From contig JAUFOQ010000016.1 in NCBI GenBank assembly GCA_040285855.1, positions 3,100,001 to 3,164,000 on the forward strand: a DNA stretch of 64,000 nt, read 5' to 3'. A program made the translations under genes and the position numbers. The notes under the pieces were generated by a model. That model saw nothing but the letters and a program-made list of their open reading frames with translations, had not been told where the DNA came from and searched no databases. Within the stretch, counting starts at the first letter, position 1; each line of letters opens with the position of its first letter. Below are positions 24,058 to 38,365 of the stretch, piece after piece. Origin of the DNA: Eukaryota sp. GEM-RC1. Taxonomy: Eukaryota.

Positions 24058-27000
24058 ATGAAAGGCTCTGTTTTTCTTCAAGAACCGCTCCCAATACCTT
24101 CATCTTCTGATAGTCTCACATTATCATCATCTTCATGGCATCTCACTGAGCCGTTATTGGCTGTTGGCACTTCTTCTGGCTTTCTCTATGTATATAATGT
24201 TACCAAAAACACCTTCTACTCTAATCAGATCATTGAACCCCACTTCTCTCTTTCCAGACCTTATCACGTCACCTGCCTTTCCTGGCATCCGTCTGAACCT
24301 CTTCTCCTCATTGGATGGCAAAATGGTGTAGTTACGATACTAAATACAGACACTTCAGTTTATCATGATTGTACCTCACATACCTCCCCAGTTTCTTCTA
24401 TTCAACTCACTGCTTCTTTCTCTGTCTTCTCATGTTGTACTTCAGGCCTCCTTTGCAGCTGGTCTCTTCAAGAAGATCGCCTCTTTCTCTCCAAATCTCA
24501 CTCTTTCTCTCCCATTGCTTTGTTATCTCCTCTTGATCGTCCTCTCCCACCAAATCCTGCTTCTGAGTCAGATGCTATGCCTCTGTCTGATTATGTGTTT
24601 GTTTCTTGTGCTGACAACTCTTTATACCTAGTTAATTCTGGTCTCTCTGTATTTCCCCTTCCTTCATCTTCATCACCTCTAGTTTTCATTGGTCAAGTTA
24701 ATTCGTCTGGTAATGTCGTTACTCTGTCCTCTGATTTAGAACTGTCACGATTTGAGCTCTATTCTGATGGATCACATGACGTGATAGCTGACAGTTCAAT
24801 TCATTTATCCACCACATCATCGTCTCTTCTTTCTGCTTCGTTTGCAGATACTTCTCGAAGTCTTTTAGCGACTCTGACAAAAGAGCAAGTCATTAGATTG
24901 TGGTCTCTTCTTCCAGAAGAGGAAGGTTCTTTACAATGATTGAGCTCATGGACGCCCATGATTCAAGACGAATCTCCTCTACAGATAGATTCTCTGTCTG
25001 TAAAGTAGTTCCTGGTGACGTTTCCAATGTTTTGATTACGGGAACTTCTGAGGGGAAAGTGTTGGTCTACAAGTCTTTGTCAGTCGCTTCTAATGACGTT
25101 TCACCACGTCACTGGTCACTGTCTGCTGTCTTTGATGCTGGAAGTTCTGTTTCTTCTATTTGTTGTAGTGAAATTGACGGAGAAATGTTAATGTTAGTAG
25201 CTACTGACAACTCAGTATTATTGTTAAAAGAAGTTCTGCTGACATCTGACTCGTCACTAGCTCAAAAGTCGACTCTAATCACGTCATCACTTGAGAATCC
25301 CGTTGACCCGTGGACTGTCACTGCACTTCAGGAGTCTTTGGGTGGGGGAAAGGTGGTATTCTCAAGAGGAGATGAAGAGCTGTACAGTGTACAGCTTCCT
25401 TCACTACAATCAACTAAGTTTATTCAATCAATCACGACTAATGGCAGTTTGATTGGTGTATTTGATGGTCGAAACTGTGATCTCTTTTCAATCAAAACTA
25501 CAGATTTTGTCTCTGAACCTACAATCTGCCATTTGATCTCTTTTTCCTGTTCTTCTAGTCTAGGATTGTTACTTTCTGATTATTTAATAGTTTCCATGGG
25601 CCGAGCCTTAGTTCTCTATGCTTTGAGTTCTAATTCGAAACCCAAAATAGCTGATTCCTATAATGTTTCTCAAGTTCATGGTAATGTTGTGGCGTTGCAT
25701 TATCAAAATGGTTTCATTGGATTTGGAACAAGTAATGGGTATGTCGGATGTTTAAAAATTTCAAATATTTCAAATGCTTCCAGTTCTGATGCACCAAAAA
25801 AGAAACAGCACGTCATTGTCGACGATTCTAAGTTACTAAATTTGGTATCTGTATGTAAAAAGAAATTACCTTCAGCTATCCTTGAAGTCAAAGTTTCTGG
25901 AAATGGTCAATATATATCAGCTCTCTGTCGTGTCAATCAATTTGGAGTGGTATCGTCATCAGTTCACGTGCTTGATTGCACTTCTGGTCTTTTGATTCCT
26001 TCCTTTTCGATGATTTCTACCCAATCAGTTTGTCTTGGGATTTCTTTGACCCCACTCTACTTTCAGTTCAATCATTACCTCTCATCACGTCATCAATGAT
26101 TGAGGTTTCCGACATTCCGAGGCCACAGATTGTTTCCTTCTTTGCTGTTGATGGGCTCTATCAGCAATCAATTTCAGAATTGGAAGGTGTCACGTCATTT
26201 GATTGTCTCCAATCACTTTCTTTCTTACATACTCCCTTCTTTGGTCTAGTGGATAACTTCTTTCCCAAAGGGGAAAAACGGAAGTTGTATTTTAAAAAGA
26301 TGAATGACTTCATTGGGATTGAGCAATGCACATATGAATTAAAATCTGCAATATTAAAATTCTCCAAGAATTTATGTATTGGAAACTTAGATTCTGCTTT
26401 CAAAGCTGTCATCAAAATTGATTCTCCCGTTGCGTGGTCAAACCTGGTCCATTTATGTGTTACCAAACATCGACTTGATGTAGCGGAAACTTGCCTATCT
26501 CGGATGAAGAACGCCAAGGCTTTGAGAGTCCTTCGAAAAGTTGTATTAGAGTGTCAACATGAACCTGAAGATGTTGTTGAGAAGGTGGCTTTAGGTTCAA
26601 TTGCGGCTCAATTAGGCTTGTATGCGGAAGCGGAAACCTTCTTCTATGCTGCGGACAAATTTAAATATTTGATTGATCTCTACATCGCTCAGAATCGGTT
26701 TGATGACGCCATCACCTTAGCAAAGAAACATTATAAGATCGGTCTCCGTTCAATTAACCACAAGTATGCTTTATTAAAGGAACAAAGTGGTGATTTTAAT
26801 ATGGCTTTTTCCCTGTACAGAAAAGCTCAAACTGATATGACTGAAGTTCCAAGAATGTTGTTGAATAACGGACAATTTACTGAGTTGGAGGAGTTTTGTA
26901 GAAAATCTAAAAGTGTTGATGTAAAACAGTTTTGGGCAAAATATTTAGAATTTTCTGGAGATTCTGAAGCTGCACTTAAACTACACCATGAAACCAGTTC

Positions 27001-28426
27001 TTATTACAATATTGTTGTCATTCTTTGCGCTCAAAATCAATTAGCAAAAGCTATTGAATTCGTTAAAAATTTAATTTCAAGAGAACTTCCTCAAGCTAAA
27101 GCAGCAGCTTATCACGTGGGAGTTGCCTTAATGAGAGAAGGTCAAAATGAAGAAGCTTTTGAAATTTTAAAATTGTCTGGTGATTCAGTTACGTGTTACA
27201 AACTTGCCAAGAAACTGAGTGATGACGATTACATTCTATCTCTAGCCCTCAATTCCAATGACGCCATCAAAATTGATGCAGCTCAATATTTCGAACAATC
27301 AAATTTGATTGATTCCGCTGTTCTTCTGTACTCTAAAGCAGGAGCAACTGCCAGAGCTTTAGATTTATGCATCAAAGAACGTCGTTTCTCAGCACTAAGA
27401 GACTTAACTGATGGTTTGACTAATGCTGAACCTGAAGTTTTGGTGAAAGTAGCAGAGTTTTGTCTTTCTCACGGAGAGATTAATCGTGGAGTTGACTTAC
27501 TGTGTAAAGCTAGAAGGTTTGATCAAGCTCTTGAGTTGATTAGTAAGCATGGTATTAAACTGACTGAATCATTAGCTGAGGATATTGTAAATAATCACGG
27601 TGATGACGTTTCTGCGGAACTTATTTTAAAAATTGCGGAGTTATTAGAAGCTCAAGGAGCATATCAATCAGCAGCCAAGAAGTATATTAAGGCTGGCTAT
27701 GGTAAAAAGGCGATGAATTCTTTAATTAGATCTGGTGTTACTGACAAGATTGTTGCTTTTGCATTAGCTTCAAGAAAAGCAGAATTCTACATTGTTGCTG
27801 GAAACTACCTTCAGACTCTTGATTGGAGGAGTAACTCTAAGTGTCTTACACAGTTAGTAACTTTTTACAGAAAGGCAAAGGCTTACACAAACTTAGCCTC
27901 TTTTTATGACTCTGCAGCTGTTACAGAAATAGACGAGTTTAAGAGCTTTGAACAGGCCATGGTTTACATGGATCATTCGGTAAAGTGTTTGGATAAAGCT
28001 ATGGAAAAGAAGGACGTATCGAGGGATTTAGATTTCGTACGGCGAAAACATTTAAATTTGTCGAAATATCTAAATTTGCGTCAAATGTTCACTGCGGATC
28101 CCGATACTGCTACAACTGAAGCTTTATTATTTCTTCAGGATTTAGAAAGTTATTCTTCTGTTTCTTCTGAATTCCGCCCACTGATTAGACCTGGTCACGT
28201 TTTTGGATTGCTCGTTGAGTTTTATAAGGCAATCGGTGACGATTCCACTGCAATCACTTTTGCCAATCAAATGCGAGATCGTGGAATTTCACTAGTGGAG
28301 TATCTTGAAGATGAAACTGTTGAAGCGTTGTTGAATATTGAACAAGCTCCTGATAACCGTGTTATTGAAGAACGAATTCTTTTGGAAAGTGAAGAGGGAG
28401 AGTCTTTCTCTGAAGAAGAAATTTAA
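24058..28426 (+). CDS. IFT140: Intraflagellar transport protein 140 (WD40 + TPR); frame breaks at ~24920 and ~25990
   Basis: WHPSEPLL.IGW..G, M.DF.G, GNLDSAFKAV, W.NL...CV...RLDVA..CL..M, EVPRML, WAKYLE, AGNYLQTLDW, EIDEF. Confidence 0.92.
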
Positions 28427-29316
28427 AATTCAATGTATTTAATTGAGGGTTATTTTATTTGTTGCGACTTACCGTCCTTGACTTATTTAAGGATTGGATG
28501 TATTCTATTTTTGTAAAATCTATTTTTTGGTTACCTACAATCACGATGGTTGTTTTCAGTTTCTTATAAATGTTTATTTTTCATTGCTTTAAATTACAAA
28601 AGTCTGTACTGTAAACTTTTAGCTAGGGACTCTGGGCATACCAATATGGATATGTTGCATCAATTCAGCATTGCGTTGAGTAGTGCCAGTATGTGTTTAA
28701 TCTATGAATGTTCTAGATCTACTCTTGATGTTGATCAAGATTGCGTTTCGCTATTCTACCAAGCTGTTGTTAGTTGTTGATGCTATTACTGGTAGTACAT
28801 GAAGTATCAACTTCTTTCGTTTTCGTGCAGCGATCATCTTTGTACAAGAGAAATATCTTGTGTACAATCTACTTAGAAGTTCTTAGACATGAATTGGAAC
28901 TTTCTGTATTAAAATCAAGTCACCACATCATCAATGTACCGTCAAACCTTATCATTTAGAGCGAATGGTTGACAAATTTCTGTGTTGTTTTTACAAAATG
29001 TAGGAAGTTACCTTTATCTGTATCACTAGCATATAGAGTAAATACGAATTTCTGTATTAATTGGTACGGTTTCTCAGAGATGATGATGTGATCATTCTGA
29101 AAAACTTTGTTTTTTGATAATGGTGGACAAACCATCAGCACTGGAAACTGTACAAATTCAATGATCGATTAACACCACACTCTAAACGATCGTTTTGGTT
29201 CGCGGATTTAGTCATACTATTCATCGATTGATAGTTTTTTTTGATAAAACACAACACAATAATCTGGTTTATAAAAAATGGTCCATGATACAACAATATT
29301 TAATTTAGCGAACAGT

Positions 29317-30113
29317 CTACTTCTTCATATCTTCTTCGTCATCGTCAGCGATCTTCGGAGCAACAAAAAGGCAATCTTACCTAACACACCAAAGTTATAC
29401 TCAACGATGAGAGGTGCGTTGTTAGTAAGTTTAAGAGAAACTTGGGGTGCAAGAGATGTGGCCTTTGTGAAGTCACGGAGGTAGCGAACACCAAAGGACA
29501 GAGAGACAGCTCTGGCCTGGTTAACTTCGACTCGTTCCTCTTCCTTCTCAGCATTCTCATTAGCTTGAAGAGTGATTTTACCACTACCAATATCACCTGC
29601 TGCTGAGAAGCTCACAGCTCCCTTGACAGTGGTGATGGTAATGGTATCGCCAAGTTGACCTAGATCCTTACAGATGCGTTGGAACTCAGAACTAGGAAGC
29701 TTGATCTCTGTATCATACTCCTGGTCGGGAATACCCAAACTTTCTTGATCAATGTCCATAAGTTTGATGGTAAACGACGACTCCTGTCCTGACGTTTCAT
29801 TGACAAAGCGAATATCCAGATGGTCAGCCTTGTCTCCAGCACTGAGGGTGACGGTGTCATCTTTGCCGGCACACTTCAGAATGGTGTCCAAGTTCTTTAA
29901 GTTGACGCCCAATGTGATGTTTCGATGATTTGTGAAGTCTGTGAACCCTTCTTTACGGAGGGTAAGAGAAACTAATGCAACGTGAGAGCCATCCATAGCT
30001 TGAAGGGAAACCCCTTGAAGAGTACATTCAATGTTGGCTTCCTTAACAAGATCCTTGATGGCATCAACGATTTTCTTGAGAGTAGATACAGAGTCAAGAG
30101 TAGCTTCAAACAT
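29317..30113 (-). CDS. PCNA: Proliferating cell nuclear antigen; frame break at 29365-29369
   Basis: MFEATL, LKKIVDAIKDLV, LQAMDGSHVALV, LGIPDQEY, FTKATSL. Adding one T gives the conserved end FFVAPKIADDDEEDMKK*. Confidence 0.97.
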
Positions 30114-30152
30114 GTTTCTAGATGGGTCTTAGAGAAATTGTTGAGTTCCAAA

Positions 30153-33100
30153 ATGTTTTCAATGTTGTCTCTTCAGTCCGAAACAGACGTTCTTCACGGT
30201 GTTTGTCAGTTCTTCGGAATACCTCTTGTGGAACTAACTGCAACCGTTTTAGATTCTTTCAAACAATATTTCTCTTATTTGGATGCACATGTCCTACCAA
30301 AATCTCTCCGTGGATCTTACTTGGCTATTTTTCAATACACTAAGTTTATTATCCATTTGTTCAATTTATTTCCTGATGACATTGATTCAATAGCACTTGA
30401 ACTATATAGATATAATCTTCATTGTCTTGATGCTGATCATGATCTCTCCACTCTTAAGCGTATGGTTGATATCATGATACCCTTCCTTGATGTCTCTCAT
30501 CCTTTTCTTTCCAGTCTTCTACCACCGCAACTTCTATATCCCTCCCACACTTCTCTCTCCAAGCTCACCTCTCTCAAGCCAACTCCTCCCCCACCACCGC
30601 CTGCCAAGGAGCTAATCTCTCAACTTCTATCCCGTCATTTCTCCTCCACTGATACTCCAGAGACTCTGATTCCTGACCTTATTTCAACTGCTCTTCAACA
30701 ATTGATGACGTCATCACCTGAGAATATCCAAGACTACCTCTTTTCACTACTTGGTCCGGATGCTTTTGAAACGATGTTGGAAATTATGTCTCATCGTGAC
30801 GTTTTGATTGCTGAGAATTCTTCAAAAGTCACTGACCGACACATCGACGTTACTAGTACTAAAACTTCTACTAATTCCGCTGTGGCAGTGTATAACTCGG
30901 ACGTTTATGCTCCCAAAATGTTGGAAAAATCACTACGTGCTGGATTGACTGTCAGAAAATATAAAAATTTCGAGGAATTATCAATTCCTGCTCCAAAAGT
31001 TCTCCCATCTGGAATCCCTCTAGTCAACAAATCAGAAATCAACCAAATAACTCGTCGTGCCTTCAACAATCTGACGACGTTTAATCTAATTCAATCCACG
31101 TGTTTCCAAGCGTGTTACAAGTCTCCTATTAATATGCTAGTATGTGCTCCGACGGGTGCTGGTAAAACTAATATTGCACTTTTAGCCATGTTGAATGAAA
31201 TAGAAAAACATATGGATGATAATGGCAAATTCCTTAGTTATGATTGGAAGATGGTTTATCTAGCACCTCAAAAAGCTCTTGCTTCTGAAGTAGTTAAAAA
31301 GATGACGTCATCACTTTCCGTTTTGGGAATCAAAGTCAAAGAAGTTACTGGTGACACTCAGCTATCACGTGAAGAAATCGAATCATGCCAGCTCATAGTT
31401 GCCACTCCTGAGAAGTGGGACGTCATCACAAGGAAAAGCCTTGACTCTCTGCTCTCCACTCAAACACGATTAATCGTGATTGATGAAGTTCACTTACTTG
31501 CTGACGACAGAGGTGCCGTTCTTGAAGGTTTAGTTGCCAGAACTCTAAGACAAATCGAACTTCGCCAAGAATCTACACGAATTCTAGGACTTTCTGCCAC
31601 CCTTCCCAACTACAAAGACGTGGCCGACTTCTTGAGAGTTCCTGCCAATGGTTTGTTCTACTTTGATGGATCTTTTAGACCTGTGCCTTTGACTCAGTAC
31701 TTTTCTGGAGTTAACAAACCTCAGAGATCTCGTCCTCCTGTTAAAAAAAGATAAGAGAGAAGAAAAGGGGAAGAAAGAGGGTCAGAAAGATAGAGAAATG
31801 ACGTTAGTTGATCTCTTTAATGACGTTACTTTGTTCTACGTTAAAAGAGCGCTCCAAAACGACCAACAAATAATGGTATTTGTTCACTCTAGGTCAGACA
31901 CTTTTAAAACCGCCAACTTCATCTTGTCTTCCCTACGCATGGACAATCACTCAGAGCTAATCCAACCCCCACGATCAAAAGAGTCCACATTCTCAATGCG
32001 GAGATTCAAGTCTGCTGACCTCAGAACACTTGCCTCTTCTGGAATTGGAGTGCATCACGCTGGTCTTCTCAGATCTGATCGTAACATTGTAGAGAGTATG
32101 TTTACCGCTGGTGATATGAAAGTCCTATGCTGTACCGCCACCCTAGCTTGGGGGGTTAACTTACCTTCGCATTGGGTAGTGGTCAAGGGAACTCAGGTTT
32201 ATAACACTTCTAAAGGAGGATTTGTTGATATTTCGATTTTAGACGTGCTGCAGTGTTTTGGTATGTTTTAAATATTTTAAATTTCTAACTTCAGGCCGTG
32301 CTGGTAGACCCGGGTTCGACTCTTTTGGCGAAGCAGTTTTAGTGACTGAAAACACGAAAGTCGATCATTACCTGCGCAACATCAACATGACGGTACCGAT
32401 TGAGAGTCAGATGATTAAACGACTTCCTGAACATCTTAATGCTGAGATCTCTTTAGGGACAGTTTCTTCAATCAGAGAAGCAGCTCAATGGTTACGTTAT
32501 ACTTTCCTATTTGTTAGAATGAAGCGCAATCCACTGGCTTATGGAATTGAATGGGCAGAAGTTCAATCTGACCCTGAGCTATATCAAAAACGTAATCAAG
32601 GGATTGTTGATGCAGCTCGTCGACTGTCAGAATGTCGGATGATTGTCTTCAATGACAAGGCAGGAACTTTCTTCGTCACTGATACTGGAAGAGTGGCAAG
32701 TCATTTCTATCTTTCTTGTGATGCTATTGATTTGTTGAATCAAAAGCTGTTTAATTTAATGGACTTGGGTGACGTGATTGGAGTGATCTCTTCTCTGGAC
32801 GATTTCAGTCAGTTTCAAGTCCGTGATGATGAGGTTCCAGAGTTGGAAAGTTTATCCAAAAATTTAAATTTTCCTGTCGAATCTTTCTCTACTCCAGAAG
32901 GAAAAGCCAACGTCTTAATCCAGTGTTATATTTCCAACTACCGCCCTAATTCTTTCTCTCTCACGTCTGATTACAACTACGTAGCAAGCAATCTTGGTAG
33001 AATTACACGTGGTATTTTTGAACTTTCTCTCAAGAGGGGGTTTGCTAACCTCACCCCACTACTTCATTCCCTCTCCTTGTCAGTTACTAAACAGATCTGG

Positions 33101-36100
33101 CCATGGGCAAGTCCTTTGAGACAGTTCTCTCTACCTAATGATATGGTGACAAAGATAGAGAGTAGGTGTTTGGGGATAGATGAGTTGTTTGAATTGTCTA
33201 ATGAAGAGATTTCAGAGATTTGTAGGACAAAAGGCGTTTCTTCAGTCATTCGAAGGTGTCTTTCTGAGCTTCCTTTTGTCGATATTGCCGCCAAAATTAT
33301 GCCTTTGACCGCCTCCGTATCAAAAATTACAGTATCAATGGCAGTCAATTTTGATTGGGGTCGAACTCATGGTCAATCACAATCATATTGGTTGATTGTT
33401 GAGTCTGAAGATACATCCGAAATTGTGTACTATGAGTATCTCACAATTAAGAAGGTTCAATCAAAAGAGATGATTGATTGTCCTTTTGTGATTCCAGTGA
33501 ATGATCCCCGACCCTCACATTTTACAATCAGATTGATTTCTGATTTCTATTTGGGCGTGGAATCTCATTTTGTGATTCCTCTGCATGACGTTAACTTTCC
33601 AGAAACGTCATCTCATTTTACCCCGTTGTTGCCTCTTATTCCACTAAAAATTTCAATTCTGCCTGAACAAATCCAAAATTTAAATATTTACAAATTTTCC
33701 TATTTCAATCCAATTCAAACCCAATTATTCCACACTTGTTTCCATACAGATAAAAACATTTTGCTCGGAGCTCCCACAGGTTCAGGTAAAACTCTAATTG
33801 CAGAACTGTGCATTTTACGATTATTCAACTTATTTGGATCATCATTTTTTAAATTTGCCAAAGTTGTTTTCATCGCTCCCCTCAAAGCTCTAGTTTCGGA
33901 AAGAATCAACGATTGGAAGGCTAAGTTCTCGTCAATAGGATCCGTAATTGAACTTACTGGAGAAACTTCCCATGATTTTTCTACAATTTCAAATTCTTCA
34001 ATTATTATTGCTACTCCTGAAAAATGGGACGCTATCAGTCGAGGATGGCGTTTTAGGAAGTTTGTTTCTACAGTAGGGCTCATGATTTTTGATGAAATTC
34101 ATACTCTTGGATCTGATCGAGGTGCTGTTACTGAAGCTGTTGTATATAGAATGAAGAAGATTTCTGAAGAATTCTCACGCCCCATACGTTTTGTCGCGTT
34201 GTCAACCCACTTGGCTAACGTTTCCGACCTTCAATCATGGCTCGACATTCCATCTTCCGCTCTCTTCAACTTCCACCCTTCTGTTAGACCGGTCCCTACT
34301 GAAGTTCATCTCCAGTCGGTACCAGGTCCTCGCCAGTACTGTCCTCGAATGAAGGTCATGAACAAGCCTATCTATTCCTTCCTTTGTGGTATTCCTCCAG
34401 GAAAACCTTCGATAGTATTCGTATCTTCAAGGAGACAGACTCGGCTGACTGCGTTTGATTTCATTTCCTTCTGTCTTTCTGATGACACTCCATCACGTTT
34501 TATTGGTCAAGGAGAGGCTAATCGGTCACGTTTACAATCAATTCTTGATTTGATTGAAGATCAACATCTACGTGACACCTTACAATGGGGTATAGGCCTC
34601 CATCATGCTGGTCTCTGTAAGAAAGACAAACAAATTGTTGAAGAACTTTTCCTGTCAGGTGTAATTCTTCTTCTTGTATCTACCTCAACTCTCGCCTATG
34701 GAATCAATACTCCGACGTTTGCTGTCGTCATCAAAGGCACTGAGTTCTTCGATGCAAAGACTTCTAGATACGCTCAATATCCTTTAGTAGACGTTCTTCA
34801 GATGCTTGGTCGTGCTGGGCGGCCTGGGTTCGATACAAGTGCTACTGCTTTGGTATTGGTTCATGAACCTGTGAGATTCTTTTACAAAAAGTTCTTGTAC
34901 GAGTCATTCCCAATTGAAAGTTCTTTTGGCAAGACTTTTATTGACCATTTAAACGCTGAGATTGTTAGTGGAAACGTGAAGGTCAAAGGTGACGTCATAG
35001 ATTGGTTCCAAAGTACAATGTTTTCCCGACGACTTCCTCAGAATCCTGATTATTATGGACTAGAATCTAGTGATCAAGTTGACGATCATCTATCAATTAT
35101 GATTGAATCTGGTCTGAGTGCTCTTCAAGACGCCAAATGTTTGACTCTAGTCAATGATGACGGCAAGTTGATTTTGACACCTACCGCTTTTGGAAAGATT
35201 TCTTGTTTCTATTATCTTTGTTATAAGTCCATATCACTGTGGATGTCAACTTTGTCTGCGGATTTCACACATACCGATCAATTACTACGTTTGATTGCTG
35301 ATTCAACAGAGTTCGCCGAAGTGCCAGTCAGACACAACGAAGACCTTCTAAATCGAGAACTGGCGGTCAGTCAACGATTCAATTTCAACATGCAATTGGA
35401 CTTTTCTTCATCGCACATCAAAACTCTGTTGTTGATTCAATCTTATATTGATTCTTGCCCCTTGCCTATTTCAGATTATTATACTGATATGCGATTGGTT
35501 CTCGACAACGTAACACGTGTGCTAAATGGAATGATTGAGGTGGTTGCTTCATTGGGACATTTGTTTCCTTGTTTAAAGTTAATTAATATACTTCAAAGTG
35601 TTCTTGGTCGACATTGGTATGACAAGGCTAAATTAGATGACAATTTTAAATTTTTGGATAGAGCAGTTGTCAACAAGTTATTGGCCATTAGTATTAATAA
35701 TTTACCTCTACTTGTGACTTTTGCTCATGAAAATCGAAATAGAGTTCAGCAAATATTTAAAAATTCTGATTCAAAGAATCTTTCTACTTTACTCAAATTT
35801 CCTCTTTTAAATGTTAAGAGAGTTGGAAATTCCACCAATACACTTGAGATTTCAGTTAAGGTGGTGAACTATTCTATTCGGAAAAATCAAGTTTTTGAAA
35901 AAGTTAGACCTGAGAATTTGTTTTTCATAATTGGACAAGGTAAATCTTTAGTTAAAATTAAGAAGTTTGTTTTGAATCGTGATACTGCGACGTTTTCAAT
36001 CAAATTTGATGAACTTGATTTCAATAATCTTGCCAGTTTCGACTTGTTTGTTATGTTTGATAGTTTTCCACAATTGGATTATCAATTCAATTTGTCCAAA

Positions 36101-36106
36101 ATTTAG
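30153..36106 (+). CDS. ASCC3: ASCC3/Slh1 Ski2-like tandem helicase; frame break at 31743-31749; intron at 32261-32294
   Basis: LFSLLGPDAFE, APTGAGKT, DEVHLL, ATLAWGVNLP, QCFG|RAGRP; intact second cassette FNPIQTQLF, APTGSGKT, DEIH, FNF.PSVRPVP, YCPRM..MNKP, VSSRRQTRLTA, PVRHNED. Confidence 0.92.
32261..32294 (+). other. 34-nt spliceosomal intron
   Basis: GTATGTTTTAAATATTTTAAATTTCTAACTTCAG; removal restores FGRAGRP. Confidence 0.92.
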
Positions 36107-36933
36107 ATTAATTCGTTGTTTGCTTGAATCTTAGTTTCATCCTCTAGATCGCCATTGGCAACTTTCCACTTTTTAAAGACAATATTCCCATAAACTCTCT
36201 GCTACTAATTCGTAATACTCTTTTATAGATAATTTCTGCTTTATTAAAAAAGTACAAATTACATTGGAAAACTTGAAGTAGTTACAGTACTTTAATTTAG
36301 AAAGGGAAAGCGTTTCAGTATATCGGTACAAATGGCGCTCTGAAGGATATTTGAAAGCTTGTTAAGTATTAATTTGTTATTTCAGAACACATGGATTCAA
36401 TAAAATCAGCATCTTATGAGGTTCAACAGAAAACATTTCTTTCTTTCAATACATTAAATCAATCAAATTGTCATGTGATCATTTCAAAATTATTCAAGTA
36501 TCCAACAGACTTAATTAATTAAATTAAACAGTTTTGACTAAGAACAGACTGGTGAAACGCTGTGGAAATGTGTTCATTAACTTCTTCTTGAAACGAACAA
36601 ACTAAACGAAGAAAGTTACTCTATCTATGGTGTATGACTAATACCACTATCACGATGTCTTAAAAATGAGAAATCGAATCAATCATTTTTAACACCCAGT
36701 TTTAATTATTTGATCTGATGCAACCTGAACTGTTTTGTGTTTAAATTGATTCAACAATTATGTTGTGCAAAATATAGTATTTATCGCTGGCCAACATTTA
36801 TCAAACATATAGTTAAATATAATAAAAATGAGTATAACCAATACTACAAGGAAAACTGAAGACAATCTAAAGAAAGAACAACATGTCAACAAAATTTCCT
36901 CTTTTGAACAAACTTTACAAACTCAAGATACAT

Positions 36934-37790
36934 TCACTTAATCTTCAGTCGTCTTTTCTTAACTTTGGGTTTAGAATCAGATGCTTCCATTGGAGTTGCC
37001 TCCGTCTGTGCTGGAGGTTGAGGTTCTATCGATTGTTCTGAAGGGAAGGCATGAATCGTTGATGTCGAAGGAGAATGTGATTGGAAGACACAGGAAGTGC
37101 TGGTGCTGGTGCTAGATTCAGATTGGGGTTCCGTTGTAAGAATTGGAGAAGAAACTTCAGGCAAAGATTCGGTCTGCTCAGATAGGTTTTGTTCAACAGT
37201 GGGAACTGCAACTGGAGTCCATAGAGGGAGATAAAGGTGGAGAAAGCCACAGTTGCGTTTCTCCCAATGTTTAGGCATTTGGGGAAGAATGAAACTTGTA
37301 AGAGATTCTGCTCCATCTTACAGACATGATTCCCACCACGGTCTCCATAGCCTCCTCTTGAAGGTGGTTCCTTCTCTTCTCTTAGGTGCATAAAGGTTTC
37401 TTCAACAAACTACTTTGTACTTTCCATTCATCGAACTTACATATTTCTCCTCTCTTCCTAAAGAGAACCCTATTGGCACATTTGATCAGTAGACCCTTTT
37501 TTAAAGGTGTTCTGCTGATCATCACTATGACTTTCAAGACCTTTTTCTTTCAAGATGAAAGGTTCTAATTTGATCTTGATGACGTCATCACAAACCTATG
37601 AAGACTATCCTAGGTTTGTTTTGTCTCTTTTCTCCATCTCAACCTTTTGTCCTTCTCTTTCAAGGACCTTGACACGTGGCAATTAGAGGGTTGTCTTCTT
37701 TTACTTTCTCATTGATGACGTCATCAGTAATGTTCAGTCCTGGTTGGCGTCATCCACCAAACTAGGTCTTGTTGATTCTTGTTGATTCTT
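36934..37790 (-). pseudogene. Degenerate coding-like segment of unknown identity
   Basis: Overlapping short ORFs with exon-like composition, multiple stops and shifts, ending in a S/T/P-rich tail and KPKVKKRRLKIK. No recognisable domain. Confidence 0.3.
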
Positions 37791-37984
37791 GACTGTCTGT
37801 ATTCTCTTTCTAGTCCTTCTTTTATGTTCTTTTAAGAATTCAAGTATCGACTATTGTATTTATCAAAAATCTTTGTAAATTCTAATGGTTCTATTCAGTG
37901 AAGGAAGGAATTTTCACCACTCAGAATCTTTTTGTAATTATATATCTTCATTTAATTTGAATTTCAATTTTTTTTGTTTTATTA

Positions 37985-38365
37985 TTTTATTTTAAAGGTA
38001 ATAGATCCAAAAACTAAAATTTGATATCATTAAAACAACACCCGTCGCTATCAAACCGTACAACAGCTTTGTCCTCATAAAAGGAACTTACTGCTAATAA
38101 AGCTTTGGAGATGATTAGGGGATTTGTTTTAAAAACAGTAAAAACGATCCGATTCAACCATAGCATATGATCAAAACGTTTGTTCATTCTATTTTTATCG
38201 ATTTTTCCGAAATTGTTTAAAAAACTCAATGCACTTTTTCCTAAACGTCCATAAATTGAATCAGCAAAGGGCATAATTCGTATTCAACATGTTTTACATC
38301 TTTTAAAGCCATCAATGGTTTATTGTATTTATCCTGCTTGGCTTGTATTTCAATTATTGAATTTC
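37985..38365 (-). mobile_element. Degenerate 3' end of an RLE-type non-LTR element, family B
   Basis: Reads QAKQDKYNKPL...YELCP/PFADSIYGRLGKSALSFL...WLNRIVF, the typical K..KY...PF...G.LG..A..FL tail. A second copy lies at 4345-4585. Confidence 0.7.

Noticed and set aside
28550..29141. Short ORFs between IFT140 and PCNA (and similar 60-80 aa ORFs at 506, 1376, 1504, 39176, 44181, 46677)
   Set aside because: No recognisable motifs, mostly non-ATG starts and AT-rich context; likely spurious or decayed.
29982..30152. N-terminal extensions from non-ATG or upstream starts in the ORF track (also 5800, 11826, 11836, 41490)
   Set aside because: Most overlap the divergent partner gene or its short spacer, and the 41490 extension precedes the conserved N-terminal motif. 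The downstream ATG fits better.
18048..36106. BRR2 and ASCC3 as a recent local duplication
   Set aside because: Each carries its own subfamily-specific motifs. They are ancient paralogs with no obvious nucleotide-level identity.
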